The notes beneath the pieces are model-generated. The model was not told where the DNA came from and ran no database searches. It worked only from the letters and a program-made list of their open reading frames with translations. A program made the translations under genes and the position numbers. A stretch of 64,000 nt of DNA, taken from the NCBI RefSeq assembly GCF_964355755.1, contig NC_092670.1, forward strand, positions 41,315,609-41,379,608, in the 5' to 3' direction. Of this stretch, positions 12,901 to 24,400 are shown piece by piece; within the stretch, counting starts at the first letter, position 1, and each line of letters opens with the position of its first letter. This DNA is from Antedon mediterranea (Eukaryota > Animalia > Echinodermata).

Positions 12901-15900
12901 GACTATTATTATTTGTACATGTAGATTACAACAATTGGGATCGTGTCAATCTTGTCCAGTTAGAGGTGCTGACATTAGTTCTATTCTCGAGAATAGTAAT
13001 CGTGACTATTATTATTTGTACATGTAGATTACAACAAATGGGATAGTGTCAATCTTGTCCAGTTAGAGGTGCTGACATTAGTTCTATTCTCGAGAATAGT
13101 AATCGTGACTATTATTATTTGTACATGTAGATTACAACAATTGGGATCGTGTCAATCTTGTCCAGTTAGAGGTGCTGACATTAGTTCTATTCTCGAGAAT
13201 AGTAATCGTGACTATTATTATTTGTACATGTAGATTACAACAATTGGGATCGTGTCAATCTTGTCCAGTTAGAGGTGCTGACATTAGTTCTATTCTCGAG
13301 AATAGTAATCATGACTATTATTATTTGTACATGTAGATTACAACAAATGGGATAGTGTCAATCTTGTCCAGTTAGAGGTGCTGACATTAGTTCTATTCTC
13401 GAGAATAGTAATCATGACTATTATTATTTGTACATGTAGATTACAACAAATGGGATAGTGTCAATCTTGTCCAGTTAGAGGTGCTGACATTAGTTCTATT
13501 CTATTCTCGAGAATAGTAATCGTGACTATTATTATTTGTACATGTAGATTAAAACAATTGGGATCGTGTCAATCTTGTCCAGTTAGAGGTGCTGACATTA
13601 GTTCTATTCTCGAGAATAGTAATCGTGACTATTATTATTTGTACATGTAGATTACAACAATTGGGATCGTGTCAATCTTGTCCAGTTAGAGGTGCTGACA
13701 GTTCTATTCTCGAGAATAGTAATCATGACTATTATTATTTGTACATGTAGATTACAACAAATGGGATAGTGTCAATCTTGTCCAGTTAGAGGTGCTGACA
13801 TTAGTTCTATTCTCGAGAATAGTAATCATGACTATTATTATTTTTACATGTAGATTACAACAAATGGGATAGTGTCAATCTTGTCCAGTTAGAGGTGCTG
13901 ACATTAGTTCTATTCTCGAGAATAGTAATCGTGACTATTATTATTTGTACATGTAGATTACAACAATTGGGATCGTGTCAATCTTGTCCAGTTAGAGGTG
14001 CTGACATTAGTTCTATTCTCGAGAATAGTAATCATGACTATTATTATTTGTACATGTAGATTACAACAAATGGGATAGTGTCAATCTTGTCCAGTTAGTA
14101 GAGGTGCTGACATTAGTTCTATTCTCGAGAATAGTAATCGTGACTATTATTATTTGTACATGTAGATTACAACAATTGGGATCGTGTCAATCTTGTCCAG
14201 TTAGAGGTGCTGACATTAGTTCTATTCTCGAGAATAGTAATCATGACTATTATTATTTGTACATGTAGATTACAACAATTGGGATCGTGTCAATCTTGTC
14301 CAGTTAGAGGTGCTGACATTAGTTCTATTCTCGAGAATAGTAATCATGACTATTATTATTTGTACATGTAGATTAGGCCTACATCAAATGGAATCGTGTC
14401 AATCTTGTCCAGTTAGAGGTGCTGACATTAGTTCTATTCTCGAGAATAGTAATCATGACTATTATTATTTGTACATGTAGATTACAACAATTGCAGGGAT
14501 AGAATGGATTCCTTCTTCTTCCACAATAAACACTATCCTTACTCAAGAAAAGCTGACAGAGGCTCTATGGATCGTTATTGTTGGATTCATCATCGGATTA
14601 TTTCTTGCCTTTTTTATTGGTGCTAATGATGCTGCTAACTCATTCGGAACATCGTATGGAGCTAAAGCGTTAACTATACATCAGATTTGTATTCTTGGTT
14701 CAATATTTGAAACTCTTGGTGCCATGCTACTTGGAGCCGGTGTTTCGGAAACAATACGCAGTGGAATTATAGATGTTAGTTTATATGAAGGCCAAGAAAC
14801 TGTTCTTATGCTTGGTCAAGTATCTGCCTTAATTGGTAAGTCGTAGGCCTACAATACCTAACCAAATAATAGTTTACATTTAAATTAAATACATGCTTGG
14901 TCAAGTATCTGCCTTAATCGGTAAGTCGTAGGCCTACAATACCTAACCAAATAATAGTTTACATTTAAATTAAATACTATGCTTGGTCAAGTATCTGCCT
15001 TAATCGGTAAGTCGTAGGTCTACAATACCTAACCAAATAATAGTTTACATTTAAATTAAATACTATGCTTGGTCAAGTATCTGCCTTAATCGGTAAGTCG
15101 TAGGTCTACAATACCTAACCAAATAATAGTTTACATTTAAATTGAATACTATGCTTGGTCAAGTATCTGCCTTAATCGGTAAGTCGTAGGCCTACAATAC
15201 CTACCCAAATAATAGTTTACATTTAAATTGAATACTATGCTTGGTCAAGTATCTGCCTTAATCGGTAAGTCGTAGGCCTACAATACCTAACCAAATAATA
15301 GTTTACATTTAAATTAAATACTATGCTTGGTCAAGTATCTGCCTTAATCGGTAAGTCGTAGGCCTACAATACCTAACCAAATAATAGTTTACATTTAAAT
15401 TAAATACTATGCTTGGTCAAGTATCTGCCTTAATCGGTAAGTCGTAGGCCTACAATACCTAACCAAATAATAGTTTACATTTAAATTAAATACTATGCTT
15501 GGTCAAGTATCTGCCTTAATCGGTAAGTCGTAGGCCTACAATACCTAACCAAATAATAGTTTACATTTAAATTAAATACTATTCTTGGTCAAGTATCTGC
15601 CTTAATCGGTAAGTCGTAGGCCTACAATACCTAACCAAATAATAGTTTACATTTAAATTAAATACTATTCTTGGTCAAGTATCTGCCTTAATCGGTAAGT
15701 CGTAGGCCTACAATACCTAACCAAATAATAGTTTACATTTAAATTAAATACTATGCTTGGTCAAGTATCTGCCTTAATCGGTAAGTCGTAGGTCTACGTA
15801 CAATACCTAACCAAATAATAGTTTACATTTAAATTAAATACTATGCTTGGTCAAGTATCTGCCTTAATCGGTAAGTCGTAGGTCTACAATACCTAACCAA

Positions 15901-18900
15901 ATAATAGTTTACATTTAAATTGAATACTATGCTTGGTCAAGTATCTGCCTTAATCGGTAAGTCGTAGGCCTACAATACCTAACCAAATAATAGTTTACAT
16001 TTAAATTAAATACTATGCTTGGTCAAGTATCTGCCTTAATCGGTAAGTCGTAGGCCTACAATACCTAACCAAATAATAGTTTACATTTAAATTATATACT
16101 ATGCTTGGTCAAGTATCTGCCTTAATCGGTAAGTCGTAGGCCTACAATACCTAACCAAATAATAGTTTACATTTAAATTAAATACTATTGTTGTTAATGC
16201 TTGAACAGATTTGACCAATCACAAGCGATGGATATTTAGAACTGTCATGGGTCAACACGCTCTTGTGGTCAGATGCTCGGATACTGACATGCTAATTATT
16301 AATCTTTGAATTAAAATTATTTTGAATTCATGTTGAATGTATTACTAATAAAATACCCTTCCTTAGGCTATAGGTACAGTAAATCTATAACATTTTAGAC
16401 CTATTATGCCTACACTTCATCAACAATGCTCGATTTGAATGCACATGATTTTTAGTTGGTAGGCGATGTCCTCTTCCTAAGTTTAATTTTGATTACCCCA
16501 TAATATTTGTATTAGCAGTCCTAAAAATTGTGTATATTTACTACTTCTATCAATTTAAATTATAGATTATGTTTGTTTAATTTAAGGTAGCAGTATCTGG
16601 CTCGTTATCGCAACGGTAGTACGATTACCAGTATCTGGTACACACAGCATAGTTGGTGCAGTCATTGGCTACCATGTAGTGGTGTTTGGTCTTGAGGGTA
16701 TACAATGGTCGGAGTTAGGTAAAATCGGTAAGAGTACGATTACCAGTATCTGGTACACACAGCATAGTTGGTGCAGTAATTAGCTGCCATGTAGTAGTGT
16801 TTGGTCTTGAGGGTATACAATGGTCGGAGTTAGGTAAAATCGTAAGAGAATACATATATAGGTATAAAACAAGGAACTTGCGACGGTATACAATTATGTT
16901 AGGTTTTCACCTTTGGTATCTATTTCGATAGATAAAATCGTAAATTGAATCGTACATTGATAAACATTGATATAAAATAATGATGTCGGTTGAAACTATT
17001 GTTGTTTTTACCTATAGTAATATCGTGGTTTACAAACTATTGTTGTTTTTACCTATAGTGATATCGTGGTTTACAAACTATTGTTGTTTTTACCTATAGT
17101 GATATCGTGGTTTACAAACTATTGTTGTTTTTACCTATAGTGATATCGTGGTTTACAAACTATTGTTGTTTTTACCTATAGTGATATCGTGGTTTACAAA
17201 CTATTGTTGTTTTTACCTATAGTGATATCGTGGTTTACAAACTATTGTTGTTTTTACCTATAGTGATATCGTGGTTTACAAACTATTGTTGTTTTTACCT
17301 ATAGTGATATCGTGGTTTACAAACTATTGTTGTTTTTACCTATAGTGATATCGTGGTTTAATAACTATTGTTGTTTTTACCTATAGTGATATCGTGGTTT
17401 ACAAACTATTGTTGTTTTTACCTATAGTGATATCGTGGTTTACAAACTATTGTTGTTTTTACCTATAGTGATATCGTGGTTTACATCGCCTGTCCTATCT
17501 GGATTGTTATCCATATTTTTCTTTTATATTCTTCTAAAAACGGTTTTATTGAAGGTAAGTATTTTGTTCTAGTAACTTTTGTAAGTAGTTTAGCTTTACA
17601 TTTACATTCTCGAAAACAGAGACTCCCTTGATAGAACACAACATTGAACATTTTAGTGGGCGTTTTGTTTTAGAGATTTATGAAAAGAGAAAACCACTAT
17701 AAGAAAACAATATTAAAAGAATGTTTAAATCTCTCGAAAACAGAGAATCCGGTACAATATTGTAAGACATTTGGCAGCCATTTTGAATTTTGTCGGCCAT
17801 CTTTTTGAGTCGTGACATACTCATTTATAGGTTACATTCTGATGATAACAGCCTAACATTTATCAATCAATCATAATCATACCCAAATATTGTTTACCGA
17901 GTTTTTTTTAATTATAAAAATAAATTGTCTAGGATAATCCTTTGGAGCCAGGTTTGAAGTCACTACCTGTTTGGTATTCACTCGTCATCACTGTCAACTT
18001 CTTCTCTATTTTCTATAATACCTCAGGAGGTAAGTAGGCTTACTTTTTCTACTAATGATCTTCTGTTATCTATCACTATTCAGTTTATTAAACTTGATCA
18101 GTTGTATAGAGAATGTTTAAACAAAATGGTACTGACACAACCAGCATGCTGGTACTTAGTCATTTTTATACATGTACTGATGAATAAAGTCTCTCTATTT
18201 TGGTAATTATACTTATCGTCATTAGCAGTTATGGCTAATTCAAATCGTAAATTGCTAAAATCAATTTAAATAACCTTAAATAGTAGTTGTATAGTAAAGC
18301 TGTGTTTATTTAGAAATATATTTAGAAACACGCATTCCATTAGGTATAGATCTTTTAAACGTCGACTTAATTGCTATTGTGCATGCTATATTAACTGGAG
18401 TGTAACTATCATTGTGACAAATTCTATCGTATTTGTAGTGTTTGAAGGTATAATACCACTGTACGGAGTCTTCATACTCAGCTTTGGAAGTGGAATTTTG
18501 GCTGGTCTTATTGTATTCTGTGTACTGGTTCCGCGTTTGAGAAACAAAATACAAGGTAAATATTCATGAATACCGGTCCTTTCTCAAAACTTTATTTTAA
18601 AATGCAATCTGTACAAAGTCGACCTTTCAATAAAGTAAACGATAAAGTAAACTTTTGAGGAATCGTAGCAATGTTTCAACAAACAACAAGTTTGTGTGTG
18701 AGTGTTCATTTTTGTTTTCTCGTTTGGCTAGAAATGGTTCCAATTATGTTCCATGCAGATTCAAATGAAATCACTGATATACAAAAAAACACCAACGATG
18801 AAACCTCACAAGGTAAGACACCAATTAAATGAGAGAATAAAAAATGTGCACTTATACTGGAAACACTATAAAAAAGAAATGGTTAGATTGATATAAGCCT

Positions 18901-19825
18901 TTTTTATGGATAGATGAGCAGAGGCAAAGTAGAGTAGCTGCTGATGATGAATGTGTAGATGAATCGGCGACATTATGTAGAGATGATCATCCAATTGTTG
19001 TACAACTATGTTCTCCTCTTCTCATACTCTCAGCAGTGTTTTCGTCATTTTCACATGGCGGTAATGATGTTAGGTAAATATACTAGACATAAGAAGACTT
19101 AGAAGAAAGTATAATATTCAATTAAATTGCACTCTATCTTGTCAGAGTTCAATTTTCGACATATAGAAATTTTTAATTATCATTTTCCTTTTAGTAATGC
19201 AATAGGTCCAGTTATCTCTATTTGGGTCACATATGAGACAGGCGAAGTAGATACAGCAGTTGAAACTCCATTGTGGATTTTGTTCCTTGGAGGAGTAGCT
19301 ATTTCACTAGGATTATGGTTGCTTGGAAAGCGAGTAATACAAGTTTTAGGCGAAGAGATTACCATGTTAACACCATCAAGGTAATTGTAGTTTCTTTGAA
19401 CCAAGGAAAGTAAAATTAATTTCACTCTTCCCTGTTGGAACGCATTAGGCCCATATTCTTTTTTCTCTTCTACGATGTGTTCTTTTTTCTCTATTTGAGT
19501 AGTAGTAATATCTAATGAAATATCATTTCTGTGATTAAATTCAATAGTGATGTAATGTTTATATATCTATTTTTGCCATTTCAGTTCGTTTACTATAGAA
19601 CTTGGATCTGCTTTAACAGTTTTAACGGCTTCCAATCTTGGTATCCCAATTAGTACGACACATTGTAAAGTTGGGTCTATTGTTGCAGTGGGTTCTTTTC
19701 GTTCTGGAACATCATCCGTTGATTGGTCTTTGTTTCGTAATATTGCAATATCGTGGTTTTTAACTGTACCAACTTGTTTGATATTTAGTGCTGTATCTAT
19801 GGAATTACTGATGTTCACAGTTTAA
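9967..19825 (+). CDS. SLC20A: Sodium-dependent phosphate transporter (PiT/SLC20/PHO4 family), ~489 aa
   Basis: Exons 9967-9972 (MS; start uncertain), 14481-14835 ([12 protein letters not shown]...IFETLGA), 16587-16727 ([12 protein letters not shown]), 17469-17554 ([11 protein letters not shown]), 17933-18029, 18439-18555, 18732-18812, 18914-19073 ([10 protein letters not shown]), 19195-19380 (NAIGP), 19585-19825 (IELGSA...[13 protein letters not shown]...[12 protein letters not shown]). Both PHO4 signature motifs are present. AATAAA at ~20045. Confidence 0.96.
10030..14492. repeat. Minisatellite, 103-bp unit, ~43 copies, filling SLC20 intron 1
   Basis: TAGATTAC at 10033, 10136, 10239... The unit contains the palindrome CTATTCTCGAGAATAG and the acceptor-like TTATTTGTACATGTAG|ATTACAACAA. 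Confidence 0.98.
14808..16188. repeat. Minisatellite, 86-bp unit, ~16 copies, spanning the SLC20 exon 2 donor
   Basis: ATGCTTGGTCAAG at 14808, 14893, 14979, 15065... Each unit is the last 28 nt of the exon, then GTAAGT, then intron. Confidence 0.98.
16993..17484. repeat. Minisatellite, 41-bp unit, 12 copies, spanning the SLC20 exon 4 acceptor
   Basis: AAACTATTGTTGTTTTTACCTATAG|TGATATCGTGGTTTAC repeated; the last copy runs into the exon at 17469. Confidence 0.98.
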
Positions 19826-20146
19826 CACTAACCTATGTGTTGTTTAGTACTGACGTATCTATGGAATTACTGATGTTCACAGTTTAATCCTAATCTGTGT
19901 TATGGTAGTATCTATGGAATCACTGTTTAACAACCCTAGTGTAATTGGAATTTCATTTGATTTGCTTTTAACAAGACCGAGCAGAAAAAGAAGTGTCTTA
20001 ATATGAGACATAATAATTAGGCCTATAGCTACTATTTTCTTCCTGAATAAATTGATGTTCTTTCGTTTAATTAATAATACTTTTATTGAATAAATACTTT
20101 CTATGTTGACATAATTGGTTGTGTGAAGATGTACGGTCGTGGAAAT

Positions 20147-21160
20147 TGTTTTTCATGGTAACTCCGATTGTGCATAGCACTGTCGAATGCGTGAAGAACT
20201 GTGATACAAAGTTAATTATCATATCACATCTTAAACATTTTGTTTTCATGGTAACTCCGATTGTGCATAGCATTGCCGAATGCGTGAAGAAATGTGATAC
20301 AAAGTTAATTGTCAAGTCACATCTTAAACATTTTGTTTTCATGGTAACTCAGATTGTGCATAGCATTGCCGAATGCGTGAAGAACTGTGATACAAAGTTA
20401 ATTGTCAAGTCACATCTCAAACATTTTGTTTTCACGGTAACTCCGATTGTGCATAGCATTGCCGAATGCGTGAAGAACTGTGATACAAAGTTAATTGTCA
20501 AGTCACATCTTAAACATTTTGTTTTCACGGTAACTCCGATTGTGCATAGCATTGCCGAATGCGTGAAGAACTGTGATACAAAGTTAATTGTCAAGTCACA
20601 TCTTAAACATTTTGTTTTCACGGTAACTAACTCCGATTGTGCATAGCATTGCCGAATGCGTGAAGAACTGTGATACAAAGTTAATTGTCAAGTCACATCT
20701 CAAACATTTTGTTTTCACGGTAACTCCGATTGTGCATAGCATTGCCGAATGCGTGAAGAACTGTGATACAAAGTTAATTGTCAAGTCACATCTAAACATT
20801 TTGTTTTCACGGTAACTCCGATTGTGCATAGCATTGCCGAATGCGTGAAGAACTGTGATACAAAGTTAATTGTCAAGTCACATCTAAACATTTTGTTTTT
20901 ACGGTAACTCCGATTGTGCATAGCATTGCCGAATGCGTGAAGAACTGTGATACAAAGTTAATTGTCAAGTCACATCTAAACATTTTGTTTTCATGGTAAC
21001 TCCGATTGTGCATAGCACTGTCGAATGCGTGAAGAACTGTGATACAAAGTTAATTATCATATCACATCTTAAACATTTTGTTTTCATGGTAACTCCGATT
21101 GTGCATAGCATTGCCGAATGCGTGAAGAACTGTGATACAAAGTTAATTGTCATAGCACAT
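20147..21160. repeat. Intergenic minisatellite, 93-bp unit, ~11 copies
   Basis: GGTAACTCCGATTGTGCATAGCATTGCCGAATGCGTGAAG... with period 93. It explains the repetitive ORFs at 20067-21207. Confidence 0.97.
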
Positions 21161-21435
21161 TTCAAAACATCAAACAACGATTTTTCGTTAATCATGTAAA
21201 ACCGCAATGATGTACTTTTTGTAATACTGAGTGCTATAATATTAATAAGTAATAATTATAATATGATTCATTATTGCATGCACCTCAGCAGCTCCCAGGA
21301 TGTGACGGGCATGGTGGCGCTATTCATATTGATCGCTATCAAGATATCCGGTAAATACTTGACTTGTATTATAGTGTCGGTTTCCTTTTCAGATACTTAA
21401 TATCATCGTTTTCGATTGAAAATCTGTTAGAAAAA

Positions 21436-24400
21436 ATGAATCTTATTATCACATTTTCTCAATTTTTTCTTATGATTATTATTTGTGTCTCTTCAGGTGA
21501 GTATTTTGTTGTTGTTTATTAGAAGTAGTGTTTAATAGAAAGTTTCTTTATTAAAGGTTAATTAGTCCATATTAGTACGGTGTAAATATCTATGATTTGT
21601 TTAATGAAATAAAATATATAGAAAGCTTCCAAATGTAAAATCAGGACGTGGTCATCATCATGTCAAACAGTATAACATTATTAAATAATTTTAATTTTAG
21701 TATTATATTATGGTGAAGAAATGTTAATGTACAATATAGTTTATATGCAGATTCATTGCACAAATCGCTAAATTCAAAAAGTACTTTCAGACGTAAAACT
21801 CAAACATTGGAAGCAAATGACAAATGATTCGCACTTAATTAAACAGGGTAGGCATATGAGCTATTATAATGCCGTTTTGACTTGTAAAGTCTGGAAGGTT
21901 CATGTGCCAGAACATTTAGCGTTTATCAGTAAGATTAACTCATGGTAATTATTGTACATTGTACGGCAAACCAGTATATTATTATAACAAGATTAATTAT
22001 TATTTTTATGATTCGAAGTATAAATTCTTGATTTTTTTTTCAAATGTAACTGAGTAATAATGCATTGACCTGGAAGTTCCATAGGGAATACACAGACAGG
22101 AAGTTCTTCCCTTGCCACGCGCAGATTATTGTACGCTCACCGACGGCAGTGAAAATAGAACATGTTTGCATCCTGTTTTTAACTTTTTATCTCTAGTAAT
22201 ACATTTATAATAACATTCCTTAAACACGAAAACAAGAATTGCATCCGTAACGGTTTAAGTATTACATTAGATTATTGTAGAAACTGTTGTATAAGTTTAA
22301 ATATAAATGTGTTGCCCTTTTATATTTCAAGTGATTTTAAATGTAACCCTTGATTATGTTTTTAGACAATTTTAATAACTTTTATGAAATCCGCAATATT
22401 CAGCATGTTTGTATAAAAATATTGTATGTAGGTCATAGGTAGGCCTAAATGTTTTTAATATTTGTAAATTTTTTTTATTCACTTTGAAATATACTATGTC
22501 ATTAAAATAAAACACGTTTTAACAATAATCACAAATATGTACGCGTCACTTGCATGTGACAAAAAAAATGGAGAACATGACCTTTGTTTTTAATTTTAAT
22601 AATACAAGAGAATATACATACTATATGCCTTATTATAGTGAACTTGTATATATTGAAATAATTTGTACTGCAAACTGAATTTACTGAAATAAAAGTGGGA
22701 CGAGCCCATAAAAGACAAAACAAAAGATTATTGTAGAAACTGCTGTTAAAATCCCACAGTCTGACCCGTTTATTGGTCAAACAACATTTTCTCGTCCTTG
22801 CGCAAAGACACACAAAAGACAATTCAATAATTTCTATTCACTACAGAAACATTTATTCACTGAAAATACTTTTTTAAGAGAATACACATATTTATCCTTA
22901 AAATTTCTTTTATAAAAGTATAAGCCAAATGTTACAAATAATTTCATACATTTATGAAAAGTCTTTTTGATACTTTCTTCGTACATGTGAACAATTTATT
23001 ATGCTGAAATAGTTAATGCCTTATTTGAAAACATACTCACGCCACGTCATCCAAAGAAAATTACTCATTCACAAACGAAATGGTTGATGCATGGAGGTAT
23101 AACTCCATGGTTGATATGAAAGTATCACACGTCAAAAGAGAACCATGGGCAGAAAATACTCGTTCGGCATGACATTTGCTTTATTTCAAGTTGCAAATGA
23201 AAATAAATGTAAATTAGCTATTTAGCATTTCAGAAGTGTTTTAGGGAGTAAAAAGAAATGTTGCTAAGCAAAACAGCTATGGCAAACTGGTAAAAAAAAA
23301 ATTAAAAAATTTGAAAAGGATATACTACAATAATAAACAATCATCATTGATTAAATAAAACTATTTCAGAAATGCGAAATAATAATTATCTATTTTCTAG
23401 ATTCAAAAAGTTTACTGCTGACCTCTAACCAAGAAAGGCGATCGAGTTTTCCACCAAAGATTAATGCAAACCTTTTCAAGGAGTTGAAACGTCGAAATCC
23501 GATTATGACTCCTTGGTGGTCAACAACAGCTACTACAGCAATCAAAGATTTTGAATTGATAACACTGCCCTCTAGAATGCAATCGGGTAAGTTAGTGCAC
23601 AGTCCAGGTTAGGTGGTATATTTTCATTGATCCTCTTCGTGTGTATGTTGCATGCATTGTCTGATTATTGGAGGTATACTTCTATGGTCTGACCATGGAG
23701 AGTTAAGTTAATCCTAACTTATTTCTCCATGGTCTGACGGACTCATAACCGACAGTTTCGATTTATTCATACAGGTACAAAACAAAAAACATATAGCCAA
23801 ACAGTAGAAATTACACGTTAGTCTATAATGCTTAATGGTAGAGGAATTATTTCATTTCTATACAGTTGAACGTTGGAAGCAATCAGGTACCATGTTTAAT
23901 TAATATAGCCTTATTAGAATGGTTTCGATATTCATTTAAGCTACGTCTTGGGAGTGTATTTTAAATTTACATTTATGACATGCTATTTCTTTTTTTTTAT
24001 TTCCACAAATGAACCACCATCAAGCAAAAGTAGAAGAATAATACTTACAAAACAAAACGAATTCGATCGGCAAAAAAATGTGTTTTTCTCAATTATTAAG
24101 CTCAGGCATTATAGTCTAACAACCAAACATTAGAATTACCCTGTACATGGCTCGATCATCAATAACCAAAAGGAAAGTAAATGTACAAATAACATTTTCA
24201 CAAAATTTGCCATAAACATCGGAGAATGGTATGATTGTAACGCTTTTATTGTTTATTATTTTTATTGTTTAATACCACTAGATCATTTATCGCGATGATC
24301 CGTTGCATTGTAATCGGGATTTGTCTGTATAATTACAGCCTATCCAATGACTAATTTTTGTGTGATCAATAAAACTTTAAGAATGTGTTACGTCAATACC

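Noticed and set aside
14504-14626. ATG at 14504 as the SLC20 start
   Set aside because: It is out of frame with the [10 protein letters not shown] motif and terminates after about 40 codons.
10030-17484. Regularly spaced palindromic repeats as a CRISPR array
   Set aside because: There are no unique spacers and no cas genes, and the context is a eukaryotic intron.
20067-21207. Cys/His-rich repetitive ORFs resembling zinc fingers
   Set aside because: They come from a 93-bp minisatellite with frame-breaking units, and there is no splice or promoter support.
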